DNA of 64,000 nucleotides from a virus. Below, one piece after another: positions 37,479 through 47,762 of the stretch (positions are counted from its first letter, which is position 1; the number at the start of each line of letters is the position of its first letter). The notes below the pieces were generated by a model that did not search any database, was not told where the DNA came from, and worked only from the letters and a program-made list of their open reading frames with translations. The stretch lies in IMG/VR virus record IMGVR_UViG_3300044961_000421, positions 1-64,000 of that record, one strand, 5' to 3'. The translations under genes were made by a program, and so were the position numbers.

Positions 37479-38438
37479 TTATCTCATTTTATTTGGATTT
37501 TGCATTTTATCTTTATCACCTAAGAGCAATTTTCTTCCTGTTTCTCGTGATTCTGGAATATTTGGTTTACGCAAAGGAATGATCTTTGATTCTTTTTCTT
37601 TATTACCAACTTTAAATTTTGTCTGATTAAAAGCAACATTTCCCACTGGTTTTCCTAATTTACTATATACCCAATTTTTTCTCATATCAAAATCCACTTG
37701 CTTCTTTGTTTCTTTTAACCCTAATCTTTGTCTTTCTGCTTTGGCTGCCGCGTCACCGGCCGCAATTCTTTGTCTATATTTCTTCATCAAATCTCGAAAG
37801 CGGCCACGGATACCACCAACGATACCCTTCCTTTTAATAACATTTCTTACAACATCTTCATCATCTGAATACATATTTTTTCCCTCATTAACAGAATTGA
37901 TTCCGGAAGATAGAGTTTCTTTTTTCAAATCACCTCTTACAATTTCTGCATCCAAATTCCAAACACCCTTAAATTTACTCCAATGAACGGCAAGAAGGAG
38001 ACCACCTGGAATTTTTTCCGAAATACCATCAGTTTTTTTCACTTCCCCATCAGCATACATCCCCATCGGACCACCGTATTGTGTCAATTTGAAATAAATT
38101 GGTGATATTTTTGCTGTACCAAAATCTTCACTACCGGAACCGGGAAAAATTGAATAAACATCAGTTATTCCATATCTATCTGTATCCCATTTAAAATGAA
38201 GTCCGGCAAATGCTAATTTATTTTGAATACGAATCAAAAATGTAAATGGATTTATATATTGGCGAGGAACACCTTGATTCAAGTAAGCATTTAATTTCGA
38301 AATTACATCCTGATCTTGAATATTTGCTACAGATTTATCAACATCATCAGCAGACCAAAATCCGGTTGAAAGGGGGGAAGCATTAATTTTATACTCCATT
38401 AATACAGATTCATTTAATTGTCTTTTATTTTTTCTCAT
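37479..38438 (-). CDS. Hypothetical virion protein
   Basis: LNE, VNE and LKE candidate prohead-protease sites; YINP, LTQYGG..G. Confidence 0.7.
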   Translation of the reverse strand: MRKNKRQLNESVLMEYKINASPLSTGFWSADDVDKSVANIQDQDVISKLNAYLNQGVPRQYINPFTFLIRIQNKLAFAGLHFKWDTDRYGITDVYSIFPGSGSEDFGTAKISPIYFKLTQYGGPMGMYADGEVKKTDGISEKIPGGLLLAVHWSKFKGVWNLDAEIVRGDLKKETLSSGINSVNEGKNMYSDDEDVVRNVIKRKGIVGGIRGRFRDLMKKYRQRIAAGDAAAKAERQRLGLKETKKQVDFDMRKNWVYSKLGKPVGNVAFNQTKFKVGNKEKESKIIPLRKPNIPESRETGRKLLLGDKDKMQNPNKMR

Positions 38439-38452
38439 TATGGTTTCCTCTA

Positions 38453-40489
38453 TTAGGCGTTAATCGTTACCGTTGTATTAATTGGGCGTCTAAATTTCAA
38501 TGGTGTTGCTACAGAATTTCCTACCGCATCACGAATTATATTTCCATTCAAATTAATTTCATTATCAATCCAAAATTGTTGACCAGGAATTAATGCAAAA
38601 TCTGTTGCTTGAATTGTATAACGGAATACTAATGTATTTGTACTTGATCCAGATGTATAAACAGCATTTCTATAATTTTCACCAATACCAATTTTGATGA
38701 ATGGAGAATCACCTATTGAAATTGATACTTGTGAACTGAATACTACTTCGAAATCTAAGTTATCTCCTGTTTCATAAGAAGGTCCACCCAAACGGTTAAA
38801 CGATACGATATATGGTCTAATCCCGTCTACTGTTTGTGTCGAGGAAGGAGCAGAATGTGTGATAACAGCATTTACCAATGAACTATTTTTTATTGTTCCA
38901 CCGGTAAGTGATAATGCGTTTGCTCCAACAGCGGTCGCACCATTATCACCTTCAACGACAATATAACGGAAAACAAGAGTTCCTGTACCGGAACCAGAAT
39001 AATAAGAAGCTAATTTAGTATCAGTACCAATTGTAAACACCATTGTAGGTGTTCCTGATACGGTTACCAATTGATTGAAATTTACTGAAATTAAAATTGG
39101 ATCACCGATCTTCTTTGTTCCTGATAACGCTGTAACTGAAGAAATTGTAGGTGCCGTAGCAGGTGCTCCATTTATGGTTATTGTTGTTGTTGTTGGAGGA
39201 GTAAATGTTCCTGTATACTCGTTTCCGGCTAAATCTTTAATGAAAGATGGGTCTTCCCAAACGATTGAAGTAAAATCACCAGCTTCACAAATATCACCGG
39301 ATCCAACAACATATGTAAAATAAATCGTTCTAAGCGGGGAGTTTACATCAACACCTGCATATTGAGCAACACGAGTTTCATTTACATCAATTTCAAAGGA
39401 GATAGTACTTGATGCGGCAGTACTGAAATCCATATCTTCATTGAATGTTGCTTTAAATGTGATAGGTGCGCCTGTAGCAAAATTCGGTCCACCAAGTAAT
39501 GTCACAGTCGGATTTGCTAAAGCATTATCTACTTCCGGATATGATTCAAAAGATCCTAAGCACTCTAATACAGCATCTTCAATATCCAAACTCGAATTTC
39601 TTGTTTTTAATGCTACTGTTGCGGCGGCACCGGATCCAGGAACAGAAACAGTTACCACAGGTGCAGTCGTATATCCAGAACCACCGTTTGTTACTGTATA
39701 TCGAATAACTGATCCTTGATTTACAATAGCGGTTGCAGCAGCATTTGATCCACCACCACCGGAAAACGATACAGCAGGAGCACCCAAATAACCGCTTCCT
39801 TGTGTCAATACTTCTACTGCAACAACAGCACCACCAGAAATGATGGCTCTTGCTGTAGCACCTGAACCGGATTTTGAAAACACAACGGTTGGTGCGGAAG
39901 TATATCCTTTTCCTCTATCAATCCATTCATATGATGCGATTGAACCAGCAGAAACAAGGGCTTTTGCTTTCGCTTCTCTCTCAGGTGTACCACCACCAGT
40001 GAAAGAAACAAGAAGTGGTGCTGTATAACCAGATCCAGAATTTGTTGTAGTAAATTCACCTAGTGCACCAAATTGAACATCTTTAATTGTACCGGAATTC
40101 AAATCAATAGCAGTAGTATTTGAAAAATCTATAATATCTGTATCACCAGAAACAATGATATAGGAAAACAATAATCTATTTGTTCCTGATCCGGAAACAT
40201 AAGAAAGATTACGATTATTTACACCAATAGTTACAGGAATTCTAGGAGTTCCTGTAACAACGACAGCTTCATTGAAGAAAACATAAACCGATAAAGTATC
40301 ACCGGTTTTATAGAGAGTTTTTGTTGGATTTAATAATTCAAATTTGATCGGATTTGCTTCTTCTGATAAATATGCTAAATTACGGATAGGAACAAGCAAT
40401 TCACCCGTTTCTACATCCACCCAACCCTCATCGGTTGCTTTTACATTTTCCATCCAAGTTGGTGGAATTTCGTTTGTCCAGTATGCCAT
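38453..40489 (-). CDS. Virion structural protein with repeated Ig-like and Gly/Thr-rich beta modules (decoration/fibre)
   Basis: Repeats F...V.V.GTP...Y.SGSGT..L.F.Y and GSGYT.AP.V.F.GGG. Confidence 0.75.
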   Translation of the reverse strand: MAYWTNEIPPTWMENVKATDEGWVDVETGELLVPIRNLAYLSEEANPIKFELLNPTKTLYKTGDTLSVYVFFNEAVVVTGTPRIPVTIGVNNRNLSYVSGSGTNRLLFSYIIVSGDTDIIDFSNTTAIDLNSGTIKDVQFGALGEFTTTNSGSGYTAPLLVSFTGGGTPEREAKAKALVSAGSIASYEWIDRGKGYTSAPTVVFSKSGSGATARAIISGGAVVAVEVLTQGSGYLGAPAVSFSGGGGSNAAATAIVNQGSVIRYTVTNGGSGYTTAPVVTVSVPGSGAAATVALKTRNSSLDIEDAVLECLGSFESYPEVDNALANPTVTLLGGPNFATGAPITFKATFNEDMDFSTAASSTISFEIDVNETRVAQYAGVDVNSPLRTIYFTYVVGSGDICEAGDFTSIVWEDPSFIKDLAGNEYTGTFTPPTTTTITINGAPATAPTISSVTALSGTKKIGDPILISVNFNQLVTVSGTPTMVFTIGTDTKLASYYSGSGTGTLVFRYIVVEGDNGATAVGANALSLTGGTIKNSSLVNAVITHSAPSSTQTVDGIRPYIVSFNRLGGPSYETGDNLDFEVVFSSQVSISIGDSPFIKIGIGENYRNAVYTSGSSTNTLVFRYTIQATDFALIPGQQFWIDNEINLNGNIIRDAVGNSVATPLKFRRPINTTVTINA

Positions 40490-40549
40490 AAGATTAAATT
40501 AATCTCCTATTTGAATTCGGTAATAGTATTTATTAAATTTTGAATTTTG

Positions 40550-41014
40550 TTAGACTCTTTTTTTAAGAAACGGATTGATAATGATTTTTTCTTTCTTTTT
40601 CGTTAGCCTTTTTTTTTCATTTACTCCATCCTCATCACCTTCGTCATTATCCTTGTCATTATCTTTGTCATTATCCTCTTCTTCATCATCATCTTCTTCA
40701 TTCTTTTTCTTCTTAATAATGAAGCGCTTTTCTTCCGAATCATCTTCTTTCTTTTTCTTTTTCAAAAACTTTTTTTCTGTCAATCTAAGATAATCTTTTT
40801 GTGGTTTATCAGAATAGATTGCTTCCTCAAGACCTTCAAACTCTTCTTGGATGTCTTTGTTTCTTGCGATTGTATTCTTATATCGTGACATTAATCGTCT
40901 CATACGTTCAAAGCGAGGATGTCTTTCGTCAATATTATGAATCTGAAAATATCTTTTCAGTTTTTGGATTTTAGCAAGCAACCGTTGTGTTCTAAGAATA
41001 TTGTTTACTGACAT
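40550..41014 (-). CDS. Highly charged hypothetical protein (possible head core protein)
   Basis: Acidic and basic tracts; C-terminal I.INP motif. Confidence 0.65.
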   Translation of the reverse strand: MSVNNILRTQRLLAKIQKLKRYFQIHNIDERHPRFERMRRLMSRYKNTIARNKDIQEEFEGLEEAIYSDKPQKDYLRLTEKKFLKKKKKEDDSEEKRFIIKKKKNEEDDDEEEDNDKDNDKDNDEGDEDGVNEKKRLTKKKEKIIINPFLKKRV

Positions 41015-41031
41015 AAACGTTTTACCTTCTA

Positions 41032-42165
41032 TTATTTAGATATTATTTTTAACAAATCTGAAGGGAAATAACCATAAGTAATTTCACCTTTTTCTGAAAG
41101 GTGCTCATATTGAACAGGAACACCTTTTTTTATTTCCGGTGTTGGGAAAATCAACACAGTACATTTATCTTTTTTCATTATTAGATTATTATTTTTATCT
41201 GTTCCAAAGTGTTTCCAGCCTTTTTTGATTAAAAGTTGTTTCAATCTACCAGAAAAACTAATAATGGTTTCTTCTTTGAGATTCTTTTTTAACCAATTGT
41301 CATCAAAAGGTGATACTTTTTCACCATGAAAAGTTAAACCAAATTTTGGAACAGGTAATTTATCAATACTTTTTCTTTTGTTCCATTTATATGCAATTGT
41401 CGTATGTTGTTTAAATTCTGGATATTTAAATTCTGCACCGGCTTTTTTGGCTCTTTCATATTGTTTCTCTAAGTGTTTGTTTTTAAAGGTCAAAGCGAGC
41501 ACGTCTTTATTGGGCCCCAACAATTCCCATTTATAAGTTTTCGGATCAATATTCACTTTTCGTTTCGTCGGTTTATATTTTATTTCATTCTTTGTGGAAA
41601 GGACCGTGGTATGCATCTTATCCTTTGGGGTATAATTTTTAATTTTATACTTTTTAGCAAATTTTTCCAATTCTTCAGCAGATTTAGGATGCATTCCTAA
41701 AGAAGAGTATAATCCCGCTTCAGATACAACATAATTCTTGTCTAAATCCCAATTGATTCTTTTCCTTTTTAAAACTGGTGTAGTATTAGAATAAAGACCA
41801 ATGTTGGCACTTTCAGGAGAATACCATTTTCTTCCTTCCTTTTCGCGTATTTTAATTTTTCCGCTTTCACCCATCATTTTTTTAATCGCTTGTGCTTCTC
41901 CTTTAATATTATAAAGATGGGCACCATCTAATCGAATACCCTCTTTTAATTTAATGGCATTAAAAATGGATTTATCATTCAATTTTCCTGTTTTTTGTAC
42001 TATTCCGTGACTCATTTTGTGCCACTCATTTCCACCATAATCAATGAGAAAAGTATCTTTTTTATTATTCCTCCACGTTTCATGTTCCTTTTCTTCATCA
42101 TTTTTTGGATCTTCCTTTTTAAAACCAAGCGAAGAAAGATATATTTTTATAAATCTTTGTTTCAT
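41032..42165 (-). CDS. Multidomain late protein containing an Acb1/T4 gp57B-like 2H phosphodiesterase
   Basis: GLY...KMHTTVLS...FKQHTTIAY (two HxT motifs) resembles Acb1; late promoter at 42179-42172. Confidence 0.7.
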   Translation of the reverse strand: MKQRFIKIYLSSLGFKKEDPKNDEEKEHETWRNNKKDTFLIDYGGNEWHKMSHGIVQKTGKLNDKSIFNAIKLKEGIRLDGAHLYNIKGEAQAIKKMMGESGKIKIREKEGRKWYSPESANIGLYSNTTPVLKRKRINWDLDKNYVVSEAGLYSSLGMHPKSAEELEKFAKKYKIKNYTPKDKMHTTVLSTKNEIKYKPTKRKVNIDPKTYKWELLGPNKDVLALTFKNKHLEKQYERAKKAGAEFKYPEFKQHTTIAYKWNKRKSIDKLPVPKFGLTFHGEKVSPFDDNWLKKNLKEETIISFSGRLKQLLIKKGWKHFGTDKNNNLIMKKDKCTVLIFPTPEIKKGVPVQYEHLSEKGEITYGYFPSDLLKIISK

Positions 42166-42183
42166 AATGATTATTTATATATT

Positions 42184-42750
42184 TTAGGATATTAGTTCTT
42201 TATTGATCATACGATTACGGATCAATTTCATCAAATCGACGGCATCTTCTATCGACAATTTTCCTAAGCAATTATAAAATCCAACAAAATCACCATCTAA
42301 TGCTAATTTCCTTGCTTTCGAAGCACTCATTGATATTGTAGGATCATCATTATCAGGATCACGATTACCTGAAGATACGAAATGAATCTTTTCAAATTCA
42401 TACAGTTTTCCTTGTTGTTTGTTGACAGAATCCTTGAATTGTGTGATTCTATCTTGCCCGACAACAAAAAAAACTTCTTTATATCCTTCCTTATAAACTT
42501 TTTCGAGCATATCAAAGGGTGTTTTCACTTTCGTATCTTCATTAAATATCATTTTTGGAAACATCTTTTTCAAAAGAGCTATTTTTTCTTTGAAAAAAAG
42601 AGGATTTTTATATATATCTTGCGTTTGAGAAACAAAAACCCTGTGGTCTTTCCCATAAGAATTTGAGAGCATGACATCAAATAATTTTTTATGCCCAATG
42701 GTAGGAGGATTAAATCTTCCAAATGTTAAAATGATTCCTTTTTTATTCAT
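42184..42750 (-). CDS. Cytidylyltransferase-like (HIGH/NMNAT superfamily) protein
   Basis: FGRFNPPTIGH, KNPL, VVGQDR, G.RDPD, MSASK.R. Confidence 0.9.
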   Translation of the reverse strand: MNKKGIILTFGRFNPPTIGHKKLFDVMLSNSYGKDHRVFVSQTQDIYKNPLFFKEKIALLKKMFPKMIFNEDTKVKTPFDMLEKVYKEGYKEVFFVVGQDRITQFKDSVNKQQGKLYEFEKIHFVSSGNRDPDNDDPTISMSASKARKLALDGDFVGFYNCLGKLSIEDAVDLMKLIRNRMINKELIS

Positions 42751-42757
42751 AAGGTTC

Positions 42758-44110
42758 TTACTTTGTCGAAATCATATAGTTTATTAACCCTTGTGACGCC
42801 CTAATATCACTATATGCAGATTTTCCGCCTTCAAACACAACTTTTGTTTTTCCCGGAACAGTTACACGCATTTCTACCTCTCCCCTTCTCCATTTTGTTA
42901 AATTCAAATTAATTTGGAAAAAATTTTTTGAGTTGAGAAGAGATGTAATGATCGAAAGAACTTTTGGATCATCATTCAATTCTTTCGCTATCCGTTTGGT
43001 GAAAAACAAGGTTAAATAAGCATAATTATATTCTTTTGTTAGATATTTTTTTGCTGCTTCAGATTTATCTATCATTCTTATCTTTTTTACAACTAGTTCT
43101 AGTTCAGGACTCTTTTCTATTGGAATACCTTTTAAAGCATCAATATATGGTTTATAAGAGTCATGAATTATTCTCTTTGGAATTTTTAATATATGGCGAA
43201 TTCCATATTCATAAACAATACGTTTTGCACTTTTCTCCAATCCTGTTTCCATTGATTTCGCTATATCAACAAGTTTTCTCAAAATAGTTGAATTGATTCT
43301 TTTTTTATTCATCATGTAAGGAAGAAGATTTGAAAAAAAGGATGCCTTTGAACCAACACCTGATTTTGAGGAAATAGGATAAGATATATCCTGCGAAATA
43401 AGGATCGAATCTATTTCATTGAATGAAGAAGATGTCGGTATCAAAACTTTTTCAATGTTTTTAAAAACCGATTTTTTTCCGACAAAAACGTAAGAATGTG
43501 TGTTTGGAAAAAATGCATATATACCAGGAAGTAATTCACCAAGATGTTTTGCTAATTCATTTTTTTCGGAAACAGAAACATCACCTATCCAATTAAAAGC
43601 ATTTACTCTTTTCTTATTTTCGATATTAAAAAACAAATTTTCTATTGAAGAAAAAACCGGACCACTGACATTTTGTTTGTTTAATAGATATTCTTTTATA
43701 CTATTCAAAAGTGTTTTTGGATTAGAAAATTCATAAAACGTTTCTTCCGACCCACCATAATTGTATGATACCATTTTTCCAAGTTTTACCATATCAACAA
43801 CTCTCAATCCTATAGATTCGGAAGAACCTACGCCTTCAGGAGAAACGGATATGATGTAATTTTTATTATTAAGTTTGAAAAATAAAGATAATGGTGCCGA
43901 AGATTTCAGACGTTTTGTTTTTATTTGAAAATTGAAGATTTTAAAAACCAAAGAAAGGTTTTGGTGTATTTTTTTAATCAACCTTTCTCTCTCAATGGAA
44001 GAAAGGATAGGAACCATTACTTTTATTGTTTTGTTTGTTTCCGTTTCGATAATTTTGATATTATTGGAATACAACGAAAGTATTTTCTTTATCTGTTCTT
44101 CATTCATCAA
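42758..44110 (-). CDS. Hypothetical late protein, possible PD-(D/E)XK-like domain
   Basis: LGEL..., IDS...ISSK.G pattern; late promoter at 44121-44114. Confidence 0.6.
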   Translation of the reverse strand: MMNEEQIKKILSLYSNNIKIIETETNKTIKVMVPILSSIERERLIKKIHQNLSLVFKIFNFQIKTKRLKSSAPLSLFFKLNNKNYIISVSPEGVGSSESIGLRVVDMVKLGKMVSYNYGGSEETFYEFSNPKTLLNSIKEYLLNKQNVSGPVFSSIENLFFNIENKKRVNAFNWIGDVSVSEKNELAKHLGELLPGIYAFFPNTHSYVFVGKKSVFKNIEKVLIPTSSSFNEIDSILISQDISYPISSKSGVGSKASFFSNLLPYMMNKKRINSTILRKLVDIAKSMETGLEKSAKRIVYEYGIRHILKIPKRIIHDSYKPYIDALKGIPIEKSPELELVVKKIRMIDKSEAAKKYLTKEYNYAYLTLFFTKRIAKELNDDPKVLSIITSLLNSKNFFQINLNLTKWRRGEVEMRVTVPGKTKVVFEGGKSAYSDIRASQGLINYMISTK

Positions 44111-44918
44111 TTGTATTTATAGGAAAAAAGAAGGGAAAACAAAATTCTTTGTTTGTAGTAGGATCCTTTATTAAAAATTTTTCAAAAGATTGGCATACTA
44201 TTTTCTCATTGCGCGTTATTGTAAATAAAGCATCTTCCTGTTTTTCATACACCATTTCTTCTATTGGTGTATTATGATCTCTTTTGAACAAATAACATGC
44301 GGATTCCTTTTTAAAATCGTATGTTAACGGAGAAAAATCTCTATCATATACAACTTTTTCACCTATAAATGTTGTACACATATTCTTATAAGGTAGAAAT
44401 ATTAATGAATTAATCCCTTTAATAAAGATAACACACGATAAATCCCACCTTTTTGGATTATCCTTATGTACATAAATTGGTTTTGAGTATATATCATATA
44501 TGAAATTATATTGATTATGGACATTATTATCTTTCAGCAAATCCCATAACACATTTATAAATTTGCTTTTTGTTTCCGAATTTTTAAATTTTGTTTTAAG
44601 CCAATATGGCTCAAAACAAAAATAATCGGTTCCATTTATTATCTTTAATTCCGTTAAAAACAAATCAAAAGCATTGAAAAAAACAGAACGAATATGATCT
44701 ATGTCTCCTGTTTCTAAATCTATTCTCTTTCTTATTTCCGAAACATGGAGAAATTTTAAAATTAAATGAAAAATATTTGGAATACAAGCATCCAATGCTT
44801 TTGAATGTATGTTTAAAAGACAAAACATGATATCGGAATATTTTTTTCTTTTGATGTTTGGGGAAAGCTTAGGAAAATAGTCAAAATAGAAATTAAGATC
44901 ATAATTTAAAATCTGCAT
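44100..44918 (-). CDS. Hypothetical protein
   Basis: 272-aa ORF. Confidence 0.65.
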   Translation of the reverse strand: MQILNYDLNFYFDYFPKLSPNIKRKKYSDIMFCLLNIHSKALDACIPNIFHLILKFLHVSEIRKRIDLETGDIDHIRSVFFNAFDLFLTELKIINGTDYFCFEPYWLKTKFKNSETKSKFINVLWDLLKDNNVHNQYNFIYDIYSKPIYVHKDNPKRWDLSCVIFIKGINSLIFLPYKNMCTTFIGEKVVYDRDFSPLTYDFKKESACYLFKRDHNTPIEEMVYEKQEDALFTITRNEKIVCQSFEKFLIKDPTTNKEFCFPFFFPINTIDE

Positions 44919-46338
44919 ATTTTTCTTTCCCGCTTTTTACTACATTCTTATTATTAGAAGGTTCTTTGTTTACAGTTTTCTGCATGTTCGGTAATACTAT
45001 TTGTGGTAGTGTTGCTCCACCTAAATTTGGAGAAGAATTACCATTTAATTCATACAATCTTTGTCGTGTTCTATCGACTCCTACATTAAATTTTTTATGT
45101 TTTGTCGAATCACCAAAACGATTTTTAATCTGCTTCATCATATATTGATTTAATGTTTCGAGTTGATCATTATTGATGATAGCAAGCATAAAGTCCGCCG
45201 TTTGTGGAAGACCAAATGATTCCGCTGTATCTGTCATATCCGGATCTGTATCACCAAAACCAGAACGATTAAATTGTGTTGCTGTAAGAATTCGAGTGTT
45301 GTAGGAACCAGCTAAACCTCTCAATTCTTCAGCAATCATTTTGATATAATAGTAAGATGAACCTTCAGCATTTTTAACCCTGGATGAGGAACATATATTC
45401 AGGTAATCAATTATAATAATATCCGGTTTAAAATTTTTCTTTATTTTCAATTCCTCAAGTAGGTGCCGAAATGTATCCGCATTTGCTGTAGATGTTGGAT
45501 ATTCTTTAACAATCAATTTACCAAGAAAATTATTTTTCATTTTGTGTACTTTTGATTTGTAAGAATTTTCTGGTAAATCCACAATCTCATCAATATGCAC
45601 ATCCAACAAGTTTGCATCAATTCGTTTCAGTACTTCTTGTTCTGAAATTTCGAGCGTAATATAGAGGACATTTAATCCCGATTTAGAAAAATGTCCGGCA
45701 AATGAACAAAGACATAATGTTTTACCTACATTAACACCACCGATTAAAACGGAAAGTGTTTTGTTAGGAATACCACCATTTGTTATTTTATCTAAATCAG
45801 AAATCCCCCAGGAAATACGAGATAATGGTTGGTGATATAAATTAAATCTTTCTTCTCCTTGTTCCACATAATCGTGTCCAACGCTAGAATCAAATGAAAC
45901 GGCAAGGGCGTTTGTGAGCAATTCTGGAATTGCTCCTTTTCCTTTTTTATTTTTTCGTTTCACCTTCGCATCAGAAAGAATTTCCATAGATTCAGCAATT
46001 GCATTATAAATTGCTTGATGTTGACACCATTTTTCTGTATGCTCTAAAAGCCAACTATCCGAAACATTTGGATTTATTGTATATAATTCCTTGATTAATC
46101 CAAGTGTTTCTTCTAATCTTTCTGAATTTTCACTAATACGTTGATTATTATTTGCGTCAATGAAAAGAGATTGTTCCGAAGGAAGGGAAGAATGTTTACT
46201 AAAATGTTCTGAAATCAATTCATAAACATTCTTCTCTTTCTCTTCTTCAAAATAATTTGGATCAATAAAAGGTTTTACTTTTCTTAAAAAATCCTCGTTC
46301 TTAATTAGATTGTGAAGAATTATTTTCGTTAGAGTCAT
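44899..46338 (-). CDS. 41: Replicative helicase gp41
   Basis: FDSSVGHDY, GGVNVGKT, KEYPT, DYLNIC, IAEELRGLA, ESFGLP.TAD. Confidence 0.96.
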   Translation of the reverse strand: MTLTKIILHNLIKNEDFLRKVKPFIDPNYFEEEKEKNVYELISEHFSKHSSLPSEQSLFIDANNNQRISENSERLEETLGLIKELYTINPNVSDSWLLEHTEKWCQHQAIYNAIAESMEILSDAKVKRKNKKGKGAIPELLTNALAVSFDSSVGHDYVEQGEERFNLYHQPLSRISWGISDLDKITNGGIPNKTLSVLIGGVNVGKTLCLCSFAGHFSKSGLNVLYITLEISEQEVLKRIDANLLDVHIDEIVDLPENSYKSKVHKMKNNFLGKLIVKEYPTSTANADTFRHLLEELKIKKNFKPDIIIIDYLNICSSSRVKNAEGSSYYYIKMIAEELRGLAGSYNTRILTATQFNRSGFGDTDPDMTDTAESFGLPQTADFMLAIINNDQLETLNQYMMKQIKNRFGDSTKHKKFNVGVDRTRQRLYELNGNSSPNLGGATLPQIVLPNMQKTVNKEPSNNKNVVKSGKEKYADFKL

Positions 46339-46621
46339 TTTCGTTTATTTCTCTTACCGCATCTTCGAGAATCGAAAGGAATATAGATTTCCCATATTCC
46401 TGGAATGCTTCTTCTTCTTCCTTTGATTCAAATTCCTTATTGTGAATTATAATTTCAAAGTGGGCATACATGTTCCCATCTTTTTCATCCCTTTCTATTC
46501 GTACGTTGATAAAAGAAAATTCTATTCCTTCATATTCACCTTCTGTAATCAGAATTGTGGTCAGATTATCTGGATTTCTCAAAAACAATTTATATGGTCT
46601 ATTCATCATTTTCTCCCTCAT
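46301..46621 (-). CDS. gp40-like head vertex assembly protein (by position)
   Basis: Lies between uvsX and 41; I..GEY.G..F motif. Confidence 0.55.
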   Translation of the reverse strand: MREKMMNRPYKLFLRNPDNLTTILITEGEYEGIEFSFINVRIERDEKDGNMYAHFEIIIHNKEFESKEEEEAFQEYGKSIFLSILEDAVREINENDSNENNSSQSN

Positions 46622-47714
46622 TTACCACTATATCAGAAATAACACATTCATCTTCTTCATTACCACCATATCTAAAATGCTTTCCAACTTTATCGTCAAT
46701 TATATCTAACATTTCTTCTGTAAAATATTTTTCTGGATTCTCTTCGATGGTTTTCCTAAAAGCACTCTCCCCGTTAGGAAATTCATATTTCTTTCCATTT
46801 TGTTTAACCACACCATATTCGATACATAAATCTAAGAGTCCAAAATATCTGTCAAGTCCTTTCGTATAGGAAATTTTTGTTTGGACAGACATATTCTCTT
46901 TTGTCAATCTTCCTTTTTCAATCTTTACAGTAATGATTGATCCAATTACAGATTTAGTAGATTCATCTTTGTCCTTCTTCTTCGACAAAGATAGAATTGT
47001 AGATGCTGTATAGATTGGACCTTTTCCACCACCTTGTGCTTTCGTGGGAACATAAGAACCAATCACTTCATAAACATGATTTGTTACAAACATAGGAATT
47101 TTTGCTCTACCTAATCTCTGGCACATTGTTCTAAAAAATCTCTTTACTTCTGGTGCTCTTGTCATATCGCGTTTTCCAGAAGAATCTTCGGCATCAGATA
47201 ATTCTTTATCGGTTGAAAGCTGTCCAAGAGAATCGAGTACCATCATAGCCGGTGGTCTTAAACTTTCTTCTATTTCCAAATAAGAAGAAACGATTTTTAA
47301 TGCCTGAGATGTCACTTCAGAAACCGTAATTACAGGATATTTAACAATACGTTTCGTATCGAGATTTAAATTTTTTAAATTTTCTTTGAGCCAAGAAGGA
47401 GCGTTTTCTGACTCAAACACAAACACAATACCATCTTTATATTTGTTCAAAAATTCACGAATGATACCGAGAATGAAAAACGTTTTTCCTGTAGAGCTTT
47501 CTCCTGGAAAAACGGTTACAAAATTATTGGGATGCCCCTTTCTCGTATATCCGGACATCGCTAAATTTAATGTATAACTTCCTGTATCAAAATACTCCAA
47601 TTTTTCTTCATTATCTTCTATGATTGAAGCATAAGGATTTCCAGAATCAGCTAAAATTTTGGATAGAAATTTATCATTAACAGCCTTTAGAGGGCTATTT
47701 GTTTTTTTTGCCAT
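46599..47714 (-). CDS. uvsX: RecA-like recombinase UvsX
   Basis: DTGSY.LN, GESSTGKTFF, LDSLG.LST, DMTRA, GGG.G..Y. Confidence 0.95.
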   Translation of the reverse strand: MAKKTNSPLKAVNDKFLSKILADSGNPYASIIEDNEEKLEYFDTGSYTLNLAMSGYTRKGHPNNFVTVFPGESSTGKTFFILGIIREFLNKYKDGIVFVFESENAPSWLKENLKNLNLDTKRIVKYPVITVSEVTSQALKIVSSYLEIEESLRPPAMMVLDSLGQLSTDKELSDAEDSSGKRDMTRAPEVKRFFRTMCQRLGRAKIPMFVTNHVYEVIGSYVPTKAQGGGKGPIYTASTILSLSKKKDKDESTKSVIGSIITVKIEKGRLTKENMSVQTKISYTKGLDRYFGLLDLCIEYGVVKQNGKKYEFPNGESAFRKTIEENPEKYFTEEMLDIIDDKVGKHFRYGGNEEDECVISDIVVNEGENDE

Positions 47715-47762
47715 TCTTTTACCTCTTTTTTATTATAACATGTTTATAACAAAAAAACAAGT

